Made by a program: the position numbers and the translations under genes. The notes under the pieces are model-generated. The model worked only from the letters and a program-made list of their open reading frames with translations. It was not told where the DNA came from and searched no databases. A DNA stretch of 64,000 bases. Origin: a virus. The first letter of the stretch is position 1. Each line of letters opens with the position of its first letter. Location of the stretch: the IMG/VR virus record IMGVR_UViG_3300017735_000003, positions 2,291 to 66,290 of that record; one strand, given 5' to 3'. Positions 1-9,600 of the stretch are shown here, one piece after another.

Positions 1-696
1 TATGCTTTCTATGAAACATATGACAGTTATAAATTTGACTCAATCTATAAGTTATTAACAGAACCATCAAATATTAATGTTAATCATGGTGCTTACAATG
101 TAAGTTTTGTGAACGATAACGAAACTAGTGAAGAACAGGCATCATATTCTATTTTAGGATATAAATTTTATGATGGGACAACTCAAACAAGTTTATTAGA
201 AGAAATTACTGCTAAAACGCGAGGTAAGGCAAAAACTCTTGTTATAGATCAAGAAAGAAGTTCTTATAAAACAATTGAAAAACTAACTCCTGAAACTGTA
301 GTTTCTCCTTGTCTTAAAGCATCATCAGATAATGATTTTGCGCCAGTAAAAACTGTTACTCAGAGCGAATACCAAATTGAGTATTATAATACTTGCGAAC
401 CTGATGCGTTAGACAATAGACCACCTAATCCAGAGTTATCATCAATGAATTATGGTGCTCTTTTAGATACGTTGAAGAGCAGAACATCGACTATTAAAAT
501 TAATGGCAATCTTTCATTATCTGCAGGAAATCATATCTATATTGATTTTCCTGAAATTCAAGGTGATGGTATTAAGCAGACTGAATTGAGTGCTAAATAT
601 TCAGGATACTATTTGATTACTAAAATCAAACATTATACGCAAGATATTCAGCATGTATACACTATCGCAGAAATTTGTAAATTAGTAACATCATGA
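1..696 (+). CDS. Baseplate hub protein (gp27-like), 5'-truncated
   Basis: Frame is open from base 1; C-terminal 'LSAGNHIYIDFP...KYSGYYLITKIKH' is typical of hub proteins; stop overlaps the gp5-like start (ATGA). Confidence 0.6.
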   Translation, partial: YAFYETYDSYKFDSIYKLLTEPSNINVNHGAYNVSFVNDNETSEEQASYSILGYKFYDGTTQTSLLEEITAKTRGKAKTLVIDQERSSYKTIEKLTPETVVSPCLKASSDNDFAPVKTVTQSEYQIEYYNTCEPDALDNRPPNPELSSMNYGALLDTLKSRTSTIKINGNLSLSAGNHIYIDFPEIQGDGIKQTELSAKYSGYYLITKIKHYTQDIQHVYTIAEICKLVTS

Positions 697-3600
697 GCAA
701 TAGTTTTCCTACAAATTATACCGGTGAAGAACTCACTAAAGCAGGCACCACTATGTTGGGGGTGGTTGTTTCAGTAAAGACAAAAGGTGCTCCCGGATAT
801 TATCAAGTAAGACTATTTGCAATTCATGGATATTGTGATATTAATGAAGAGAATTGTGAAGAAGATGTAGTAAAAAAAGCAGCACTTCCATGGATTGCTA
901 CTACACAATCTGATCAAGCAAATGCTGCTATCAGAAATAATAATGTCAAGCAACTTACTAAAGGTCAGTTTGTATTAGTTCGATTTGATGGACCGAATTA
1001 TACTAGTCCTCTAATTATCTCCACGTATAAACTACAGCATCCTGCTTTAGGCAATAAAGAAACTTTTAATCAGTCAAAACCATATATTATTGCAGGATTA
1101 GTTAAAAAAGCAGAGAATGGCGAAATCAGTGGTTCTCGTGCTGAAGGAGATTGTCCTGCAATCGTAACTGATGCAACTGACATTCAGGATAATGGCACTA
1201 GCACTAAGTCTGCTAGTAAATGTGGCACAGGCGGAGGATTATCCAATAATATTGGTGCTGTAATTGGTGATTTCATGAAAATCATCCAAGATAGCGATGG
1301 CAAGATTGGTTCTAAGTTTGTGAATGGTATCACTGGTGAGTTATTCTCCATTACTGGATACGTTCAGAAATATCTTGCTTCCATTACATCAATTATTCGT
1401 AACGGTATTGGATGGATCAAGGCAATTATTACTAAGGAAGTTAGAAAAGCAATTGATTCACTTGTTAAGGCGATAATGGTCCCTATCAAAGGGATTACAT
1501 CAACAATTAATGAAACACTTGAGAAAGTCCTTAATATGATTTTCTGTAGTTTTGGTGATATTGAGGGTATGATCTCCAATATGATCGAAGGTCTTCTTAA
1601 TACACTTGTAGATTCTGCACTCAATTCTATATTTGGTTGCTTGAATACATTAGTTGATGGAATTATGAATGAGATCATGGGAGAAATCCTAGGATTGATG
1701 AGTAATATTATAGGTGTTTTTGAAAATATTGCTGGTATCATTGGCGGATTTGGTGATATGTTCGGTACGGCAATCAATTCTATATTAGAACTTTTGGGAA
1801 TTAGTTGTGGTGGTTCTGGATCATGTTCTACTGCTGCCTCAAATGCATTGGTAACTGCTTTCAATAATCCTGGTGAATTTGGATTAACCAATGGCATTAA
1901 AGCAGGTCTTAATAATGGATTAAGTGCTCTTGATGGAGTATCAGGTTCTATCGGTAAAGAAACTTCAAAACTGAACTCTGAAGCAGCAGAATTTGCTAAG
2001 GGGGTTGACTTAGGCACAGCAAATGTTCCTGGTGTATCTACGACCAATCAAGCATTGAAGAATGCATTTACCACAGCTAATAATCTTGCTGCTAGTAAAA
2101 TAGGTAATGTATTTGATTTCTGTAATAATCTTTCCAATGGATATGATGGTTCGACTGGATCCTCAACAACACCAACAAATCCAGACATTAAAGATGACGG
2201 CACTTCAGACCCAATACCTACAGGGACTATTACACCATCAACTACTATTGCTGTTGTAGTCGGTCCTGTTGATAATAAGTTTGATGCAGTTTATAAGATG
2301 ACGCCTATTGGAACTAAAGTTTCTACAGGTGGGACACAGAAAGTTAAAATATTCAGAAACAATGGTGAAGAGAATGGTGTTATTATTTTCACCGTTCACT
2401 TGAAGTCAACTGATACTGCTAGAGTTGTTGGTATTACTCCTGGTATTGTCAGTGGAGGTGATCTTACATTAGGTGGATCTTTAGAAGAAAATCAGTATGC
2501 TACAAACCCATCTGGAATGAGTTCTCCTGAATTCCCCATGTCTGGTAATGTTATCACATCTAAGAAAGTTTATTTTCCTAAGAATGTCAAAGAAGTTATT
2601 GTAGATATTCCAACATTAAAAAATAATTCCCCAGAATCTGGGACAACTGAGTTAACTTATACTGCTACAATTTATAGAGCAGTTGATGATCTTGATTTAA
2701 ATCAGTATCCTTATAAAAATCTTCCTACTACATCATCAATCTTACATTCATCTACGTTAAGTATTGGGTTCGTTCAAGATCCAGTCCCTGATCCAACACC
2801 CGAACCTGGAGTTATTCCTCCTCAACTAGTCTTTAAAGATATTACTTATTCTATAAGTAATATAAGCGTAACTGCTGGACAACCAGCACAGTTTAAGATT
2901 ATTAGAGCACCATTATTAGCAGAAGAAACAATAATCAGATGTGCTACATCTGATGGTACTGCTATTAATAATGTTAATTATGAAGGCGGGTTGGCTGAGA
3001 TAAAATTTAAAGCAGGAGAATCTACGAAAATTTTCTCCGTAAATACTATAGAAAATGCTGCTCTTGTAAATCAATCATTATATTTTAATGTTACATTTAC
3101 TGATCTTCAATTACCTCCTGGTAGTTCTTCTAACTTAGGTGGAACAGGATCTATAAATGGAACTTCCATAGGAGCAGGAATTGTCAAGAAAGCAACTATC
3201 AATTATACACCAGTTCAAATTCCTTCCCCAATATGTCCTGCTGAGATCTTGATTACTGAACCACCAGTAACATGTTTAGTTCAGGAAGTTAATTTCCCAT
3301 TAGAGTTAGGTTTTATTGCTAAAACTAGTGTTCCTGGATATGTATTGTCGTATGAATGGCAGAGAACATATGATCCTTCTGCGACATGGACTACAGTGAC
3401 TGACGGAACAAGAAACGAACTCATAGATGAACTAGTCACAACATTTGGTCCTTCTGATGTAACTTTTGTTGATGGTAATGGTGTTAGTGTAACTCTTGAT
3501 GGTTGGGATACTCAAACTGTCCAACAATCAGCATCTATTACATACACGGGTGCTACTACAAGTGAATTGAGTGTTGCTCAACCATCATACTTAATCAATG

Positions 3601-4526
3601 ATGAAGAATATTATCGCTGTATAATTACTGCTACACCAACTACTCCTTCTGTATTCACACCAACATTAACTGAGACCACTGAAAATATTTACATTGGCAT
3701 GACAAAGACTGGTGTTTATCTCAGTTCAGTTAATTGTGCTCCTCCTGGAACTTTAGCAGATGGAGATCCTATCACATATGATAGTGCTCCAAAACCATTA
3801 AATCCTATCACTGCTGATACTGCCCAGTGTGAAGTTATTACACCAAATCCAGTTGTCCCTGATGATGTAAATATAGGTGATACTGATGATGATGATGATG
3901 ATGTTGATGATGTTGATCTGCCAAGTGATCCAACTAATCCAACAACACCATTTATTGTTCCTACTATTGATGAAGAACTACCAATTCCAAAAACTCCAGT
4001 AGTTATTGATCCAGGTGGCGGTGTAGTTTCTGTTCCTATTCCTAGTAATCTTCCTAATTATAAGTATCCTCCATTAATTCCTATTTCTGGACTAGGTACT
4101 GGTGCTGTTGCTAAAGCAGATATTGATGAAAATGGTAAATTAATCAATATTATAATTAAATCGAAAGGATTTGGATATCCACCATCAAGTTTCGATCAGT
4201 GTGGTATTATTACATCTATCGAGGTTACTAATGCAGGAGGTTTTTATGAATCCTCTCCAACCGTATATGTCAATGATGATCCAACTATTGCTGTTGCAGC
4301 GATTGATGAAAACGGTAGAGTGGCAGAAATTAGAATAACTAATCCTCAGAGTGTTGTATATGACAGAATACCAAGTATATTCATACAGGGTGATGGCGTT
4401 GGCGCATCTGGTGTTGCCGTGGTACAATATGTACCATGCGATCAAGTTGATGATCGCTATCTCAATGTAGTCAATAAATACAACGAGAGCACACTTGGAA
4501 TAGTAAACGTAGTAGACTGCCCGTAA
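693..4526 (+). CDS. Baseplate central spike protein, gp5-like N-terminal OB fold plus helical and Calx-beta/Ig-like domains
   Basis: 'GVVVSV..GYYQVRLFAIHG..LPW..GQFVLVRFDG..PLII' OB-fold pattern; 'CATSDGTAINNVNY..IKFKAGESTKIFSV' Calx-beta pattern; 'IEVTNAGGFYESSPTV' cyanophage virion repeats. Confidence 0.75.
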   Translation: MSNSFPTNYTGEELTKAGTTMLGVVVSVKTKGAPGYYQVRLFAIHGYCDINEENCEEDVVKKAALPWIATTQSDQANAAIRNNNVKQLTKGQFVLVRFDGPNYTSPLIISTYKLQHPALGNKETFNQSKPYIIAGLVKKAENGEISGSRAEGDCPAIVTDATDIQDNGTSTKSASKCGTGGGLSNNIGAVIGDFMKIIQDSDGKIGSKFVNGITGELFSITGYVQKYLASITSIIRNGIGWIKAIITKEVRKAIDSLVKAIMVPIKGITSTINETLEKVLNMIFCSFGDIEGMISNMIEGLLNTLVDSALNSIFGCLNTLVDGIMNEIMGEILGLMSNIIGVFENIAGIIGGFGDMFGTAINSILELLGISCGGSGSCSTAASNALVTAFNNPGEFGLTNGIKAGLNNGLSALDGVSGSIGKETSKLNSEAAEFAKGVDLGTANVPGVSTTNQALKNAFTTANNLAASKIGNVFDFCNNLSNGYDGSTGSSTTPTNPDIKDDGTSDPIPTGTITPSTTIAVVVGPVDNKFDAVYKMTPIGTKVSTGGTQKVKIFRNNGEENGVIIFTVHLKSTDTARVVGITPGIVSGGDLTLGGSLEENQYATNPSGMSSPEFPMSGNVITSKKVYFPKNVKEVIVDIPTLKNNSPESGTTELTYTATIYRAVDDLDLNQYPYKNLPTTSSILHSSTLSIGFVQDPVPDPTPEPGVIPPQLVFKDITYSISNISVTAGQPAQFKIIRAPLLAEETIIRCATSDGTAINNVNYEGGLAEIKFKAGESTKIFSVNTIENAALVNQSLYFNVTFTDLQLPPGSSSNLGGTGSINGTSIGAGIVKKATINYTPVQIPSPICPAEILITEPPVTCLVQEVNFPLELGFIAKTSVPGYVLSYEWQRTYDPSATWTTVTDGTRNELIDELVTTFGPSDVTFVDGNGVSVTLDGWDTQTVQQSASITYTGATTSELSVAQPSYLINDEEYYRCIITATPTTPSVFTPTLTETTENIYIGMTKTGVYLSSVNCAPPGTLADGDPITYDSAPKPLNPITADTAQCEVITPNPVVPDDVNIGDTDDDDDDVDDVDLPSDPTNPTTPFIVPTIDEELPIPKTPVVIDPGGGVVSVPIPSNLPNYKYPPLIPISGLGTGAVAKADIDENGKLINIIIKSKGFGYPPSSFDQCGIITSIEVTNAGGFYESSPTVYVNDDPTIAVAAIDENGRVAEIRITNPQSVVYDRIPSIFIQGDGVGASGVAVVQYVPCDQVDDRYLNVVNKYNESTLGIVNVVDCP

Positions 4527-4529
4527 ATT

Positions 4530-5717
4530 ATGTCACAATCTGTAAAACAATCAGAGCTCCAAGGCTCAGTTAAAATAGAAGAAACAGTCAATGAACTCAG
4601 AGAATTTATTACTGATGGTTCTTTTGCTTTCAGAGAAACTGTTAAACCTGGTGATAGATCATATGAGATGGCTCATTATCGCGGATCGCGAATTCGTTGG
4701 CAGGAAGATGGTTCAGTATTATTAATTGCTAGAAGTGCTGAAGCAACTCCTATCGAAGGATATCTTGATGTTAAATCATCTGGGTATATGCATTTTGTTT
4801 CAGGACATAATATTAAGTTGATAGCTGATGGACATCAAAAAACTGGTGGCGGCGAAGCAGGATCTGATGATGAAAAGTCTGTAGAAATACGTGGTCCAGG
4901 AGATATTGTTATCCAATCTGATGGTAAGGGTGGTGTTGTTATTAATGCTGCTAAAGATATTGAACTGATAGCTGGTGGTAGTATTAAATTAAAGGCAGCA
5001 GAACAAGTTAGTATTCAAACGGGAAGTTTAGCACCAGGATTAGGAATTCTTGGAAAGGATCTTGGTAGTGGTAAACTTACCATAGCAACTGGAATTTATG
5101 AACTTGGTTGTACGAGTTATAAGGAAACTGTAACTGGAAGTAAGACTGAAGAAAACTTTGGCGAAGTTATTAGAGACCAGAAACCAAGTATCGCTGCACC
5201 TACTTTACCAAATCAACATATTACTACAGATGAAACTACTGGAACTTTAGTTCATAAAATTGGATGTGATTATATCCTTGATGTTGGTGGTAAGATGAAG
5301 GTCAAAGTTGCTAATAATCCCTTAGCAGTAGGACCATTGACACCAGAAATGCCTCTTCATGCTGTGAAGCAAGAGATTTTTGGATCCAGAACTACAACTC
5401 TTCAAACATTAGGAACTCCTCCTTACGCTCAGGATTATCTTAGCATTCCTACGGGTAATGTATTTACTGAAATTGGTGCTGCCCTTCCTGGAACAACTGC
5501 ATGGGCTGTTGAGAGTCAAACTAAAGGTGATATTGTTGCTCAGGCATCTGTTATTGGAAGTATTGGATTGCAAACAGGAGCAACACCTTCTAATGCTATT
5601 CTTCTTCAAAATGCCGGTGGATCGATTAGATTTGAAGCAAACGGTGCTATTGGAATGATTCAAATGCTAGCAACAAAAATGATACAAGGAACAGCATTGA
5701 AAATCAATCTGAACTGA
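4530..5717 (+). CDS. gp5 C-terminal-like beta-helix spike protein
   Basis: 'HYRGSRIRWQEDGS' followed by 8-residue beta-helix repeats (INAAKDIE LIAGGSIK LKAAEQVS); ends 'KINLN' like spike C-termini. Confidence 0.6.
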   Translation: MSQSVKQSELQGSVKIEETVNELREFITDGSFAFRETVKPGDRSYEMAHYRGSRIRWQEDGSVLLIARSAEATPIEGYLDVKSSGYMHFVSGHNIKLIADGHQKTGGGEAGSDDEKSVEIRGPGDIVIQSDGKGGVVINAAKDIELIAGGSIKLKAAEQVSIQTGSLAPGLGILGKDLGSGKLTIATGIYELGCTSYKETVTGSKTEENFGEVIRDQKPSIAAPTLPNQHITTDETTGTLVHKIGCDYILDVGGKMKVKVANNPLAVGPLTPEMPLHAVKQEIFGSRTTTLQTLGTPPYAQDYLSIPTGNVFTEIGAALPGTTAWAVESQTKGDIVAQASVIGSIGLQTGATPSNAILLQNAGGSIRFEANGAIGMIQMLATKMIQGTALKINLN

Positions 5718-6049
5718 TGATACTTGGTAAACATTGTTTTACGGAAGCATATGGTTGTCCGTTTGAACTTCTAAATGACGAGCAGTATTTAAAAGACCAG
5801 ATTATTCAGTCTCTAAATAAAACTAGTTTAACCTTGTTGGATATTTCTTCCTATAAGTTTGAACCACAGGGTGTCACCATTGTAGCACTATTGTCTGAAA
5901 GTCATATTAGTATTCATACTTGGCCTGAAAGAGGAAGTGCAGCACTAGATGTATTTACTTGTGGAGAAAGTAATCCAGAATTAGCAATGGAACATATGTT
6001 GATGGCACTCGAAGCAAAAGATTATAATACCAATTGCATTAGGCGTTAA
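5717..6049 (+). CDS. speD: S-adenosylmethionine decarboxylase proenzyme (pyruvoyl-dependent)
   Basis: 'FEPQGVT..LLSESHISIHTWPE..AALDVFTCG' signature with the E-S self-cleavage site. Confidence 0.93.
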   Translation: MILGKHCFTEAYGCPFELLNDEQYLKDQIIQSLNKTSLTLLDISSYKFEPQGVTIVALLSESHISIHTWPERGSAALDVFTCGESNPELAMEHMLMALEAKDYNTNCIRR

Positions 6050-6324
6050 TGTATAAAGTAACTGTTAAAAATGTAATCACAGAGGAAGAGGGCATTGTAA
6101 AAGCATATTTCCTTAACGGAATTCCATTTACATTTGATTCATTAGATGATGATGAGAAGGAACAAGAAGAAGTAGTTGCAGAAGCAATTGACCACCCATG
6201 CATTTCAATTGAACTCATTCATCAGAAATCAGCATATTTATTACAAGAAGGTTTACATCCACTGCTCAGTAGTATAACATTAGATCCAGAAAGTATTCTA
6301 CCCGACATTCTCAATGAAAATTAA
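6049..6324 (+). CDS. Hypothetical protein
   Basis: 91-aa ORF translationally coupled to speD. Confidence 0.7.
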   Translation: MYKVTVKNVITEEEGIVKAYFLNGIPFTFDSLDDDEKEQEEVVAEAIDHPCISIELIHQKSAYLLQEGLHPLLSSITLDPESILPDILNEN

Positions 6325-6484
6325 TTTGTGGTACTCCCAGACACAACGTCAATGGAGATGGTCGTTATGTGACGACACTGATAAAATGAGACAAGAATCC
6401 GGTCAAAGACCATTTCTTCGTGATGCTATGGAAGATATAGCACATACTGTTGAATACATGCTTGACATTGAAGAAGATTGCTGA
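6314..6484 (+). CDS. Small hypothetical protein (MKINLWYS...)
   Basis: 56-aa ORF read by hand, overlapping the upstream stop. Confidence 0.65.
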   Translation: MKINLWYSQTQRQWRWSLCDDTDKMRQESGQRPFLRDAMEDIAHTVEYMLDIEEDC

Positions 6485-6490
6485 TATAAT
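6462..6490 (+). promoter_or_regulatory. Consensus sigma70-type promoter
   Basis: TTGACA (6462-6467), 17 nt, TATAAT (6485-6490). Confidence 0.85.
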
Positions 6491-6495
6491 ATAAG

Positions 6496-6558
6496 TTCCT
6501 TCCGTGTGAACGAAGTCACTGTGCTTCTTTAGAGATCAGGGTAACCTGATCTTTTTTT
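6496..6558 (+). ncRNA. Candidate ~60-nt small RNA
   Basis: Lies between a perfect promoter and an intrinsic terminator with no ORF; 5' hairpin CTTC(C)GT-GTGA-ACGAAG. Confidence 0.6.
6531..6558 (+). terminator. Rho-independent terminator
   Basis: AGATCAGG-GTAA-CCTGATCT followed by a T run. Confidence 0.88.
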
Positions 6559-6563
6559 GTAGT

Positions 6564-6571
6564 TATAAATA
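6564..6571 (+). promoter_or_regulatory. T4-type late promoter
   Basis: TATAAATA about 30 nt upstream of the fibre start. Confidence 0.85.
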
Positions 6572-6603
6572 ACCCAGAAGAACCCTCTTGTCTATAACTA
6601 CAG

Positions 6604-9600
6604 ATGGCATTAAATAGATTAACAAATTTGATTGCTACCAGAAATGGTAGGATGCTTTATGTCAACTCTGATGATTTTAATGCATCAGATTTGATTTCTA
6701 ATAATGGTAACTCACCTACGAGACCATTCAAAACAATTCAAAGAGCATTACTAGAAGTTGCTCGCTTCTCATATGTAACGGGACAGAATAACGATAAGTA
6801 CGATCAATTTACAATTAACATATCACCTGGTGATTATGTAATCGATAATCGCCCTGGTAAGTCAAACAGTGCTGAAGTTTCTGAATTATCAGATCAGTCA
6901 AACTTTGATATTTTAGATCCTAATAACGATCTTTATAAGTTTAATGCTACTGCTGGTGGACTTGTAATCCCTAGGGGTACTTCACTTGTAGGTATGGACT
7001 TGAGGAAAACGAGAATTCGTCCTCGTTATGTTCCAGATCCTGCTAATAGTGCCTACGCAAGAACATCAATTTTTAATGTAACTGGTGCATGTTACTTCTG
7101 GCAGTTCTCACTATTTGATGCTCTTCCTACATCTGATTCTTCAGGTAAGGGTGGTGTTTACAATGCACCCAACAGCACATCAATTGTAAACTCTGACTAT
7201 TCTCACCATAAAGTTACATGCTTTACATATTCAGATCAAAGTGATCTGGATCTGTTCTATGCCAAGGCAGCAAGAGCATTTGCTTCAATTCCAACATCTG
7301 CTGGTGAGTTAGAATCAAGAATTCAAGAGACTAGAATTGTTGGTCCTTTGCAGCAGTCAGGACAGCAAGGTATTTCTACAGCTACTGTTAGTGGTTCATT
7401 GGTAACTATTGTAACTGCTGGTCCTCATGAAGTATTTGAAGGACAGCAGATTACAATTGAAGATATTTCGGGGGTTTATAGTTCATTAAATGGAAGTTAC
7501 TATGTAACCACAGTTACTAATGATAGTCAATTAATTATTACTGTTCCTGGTCTTGCATCAGGTTCAATTCCTGCTAATGATCTTACGAATGCTATTGTAA
7601 AGGCTGAAGTTGATACTGTTGACTCATCTTCACCTTATATCTTTAACTGTTCCTTGCGTTCTACCTATGGTCTTTGTGGACTATGGGCTGATGGTAGTAA
7701 GGTCAGTGGATTCAAATCCATGGTTGTTGCACAGTTTACTGGAGTTTCACTTCAGAAGGATGACCGTGCGTTCGTTAAGTTCACTGAGACTACATCACCC
7801 AATCCTAGTTTCGTATTGGAAGGTGGATCATCTGATTCAGTAGCACTTCACCAAGATTCTGCTGGTTATGTTTACTACCGTGGTGATGCTACAGATGGTT
7901 GGAGACATTATCACATTCGTGTATCTAATAATGCATTCATTCAATCAGTTTCTGTGTTCGCTGTTGGTTATGCCGAGCAGCATTTGATTGAAGCAGGTGG
8001 TGATTATTCTATCACCAACTCTAACTCTAACTTCGGTACAATGGCACTTTGTGCTGATGGTTTCCGTCCCGATGCATTTACACTTGATAAGAAAGGATAT
8101 TTCTCACACATTGTTCCTCCACAGTCATTAGAAACACAAGAAACTGATGTTCCTTATTATCCTTTGGATGTTCAGAAGAGTAGGGATGGTATTAGTGCTA
8201 ATGGTGTTGGATCAAGGTTATACTTGTTTGAACAAACTGATCCAAATAAAACTCCAGTATTTGATATCAACCAATATAAAGTTGGTGGTAGGATAGGTGA
8301 TAAAGTTTTTGCTAACCTTACTAATCCTACTAATAGTCGTATTGAAGAGTTTCAAGCAATAATTAATCCAAGTGGTATTGAAGAGCATACGATTAGTTCT
8401 GTAGATACTGCTTTTGATACATTTGTTACAGCTAGCACCAATAACTTTGAGACTGCTACACCAATTAGAATTTATAGCACTACAGGTTATCTTCCTTTGG
8501 GAATGGAATCTAATAGACTTTATTATGTCATTAAGGTTAATAATACATCATTCAAGATTGCTCCTTCTGAAGAAGATGCTAGAGCTGGTGCTGGTGGTGC
8601 TGCAAATAGTATTGTTAATATTCGCTCTCAAATTCCTGCTGGAGCTGATCTATCGGTTAAGGCATATGTTTCTGATACCAATCCAGAACTACCAAATTTT
8701 GGCGTAGTTGTTAATGCTAACCAAGAAACAATGACTACGGGAACGTTCCCACATGGTTTCACAACTGGTGATAAGGTATTCTTCAATCGTAGTATCATTG
8801 CAGGTCAAGTGCAAACTGGTGCGCTGCCATTAATTCAGGCAGGAGGTACAGTTACATCACTGAGTTTGTCTACTGAATATTATGTTTATGTTGTAGATTC
8901 ATTCACATTTAAAATTGCTGATAGTGAATCTAATGCTAATAATAACGTACCAATTCCACTTGATACGAATGGTGATGCTAATGTTCTGACTGTTTACAGA
9001 AATATTCAGAAGTCACCACTACGTTTTGATCCAGTCCATAGAGCTGGATCAACTCAGGGTAACTGGTATATTGCTGTTACCGCAGATATTACTAACACTA
9101 TCCATCCAATTCTCACTAGTAGTGATACTAATAACATCTATGGTAACCCATCACTGTCTAATACTGAGAACGTATTCTTCAGAAGACTTAGTGATAACAG
9201 AGCATTAGCGGATAGAACCTATCGTTTACGTTATGTTATTCCTAAGACTGAACTTAATGCTAGACCACCACTTATTGGTTATGTTGTTAAGAGAAAGACT
9301 GATGCTAATAATACAATTCTTCCTTATAATACTGCTAATGCAGTTGATCAAACAGCAGACTTTGATAGAGTATATTTTGTTTATAGATCCGATACGATCT
9401 TAACACATATTCCGGGAGAACAAGATGGCATTTATTATCTGACAATTTTGATGGGTGATGTTTCACCTAAAGGTTCTCAGTTTAATTCACCCACAGATAC
9501 TTTTGCTTTCCTTGCTTACAGTCAAGATGTTGGTAAAATTTATCCTGACCTTGATAAAGATAACCCTGCTGCTGACCCTGCCGCGGCTGTTTCAGTTGCC

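Noticed and set aside
1364-2047. 227-aa minus-strand ORF and many similar antisense ORFs inside structural genes
   Set aside because: Shadow frames of biased + strand codons with no motifs or expression signals.
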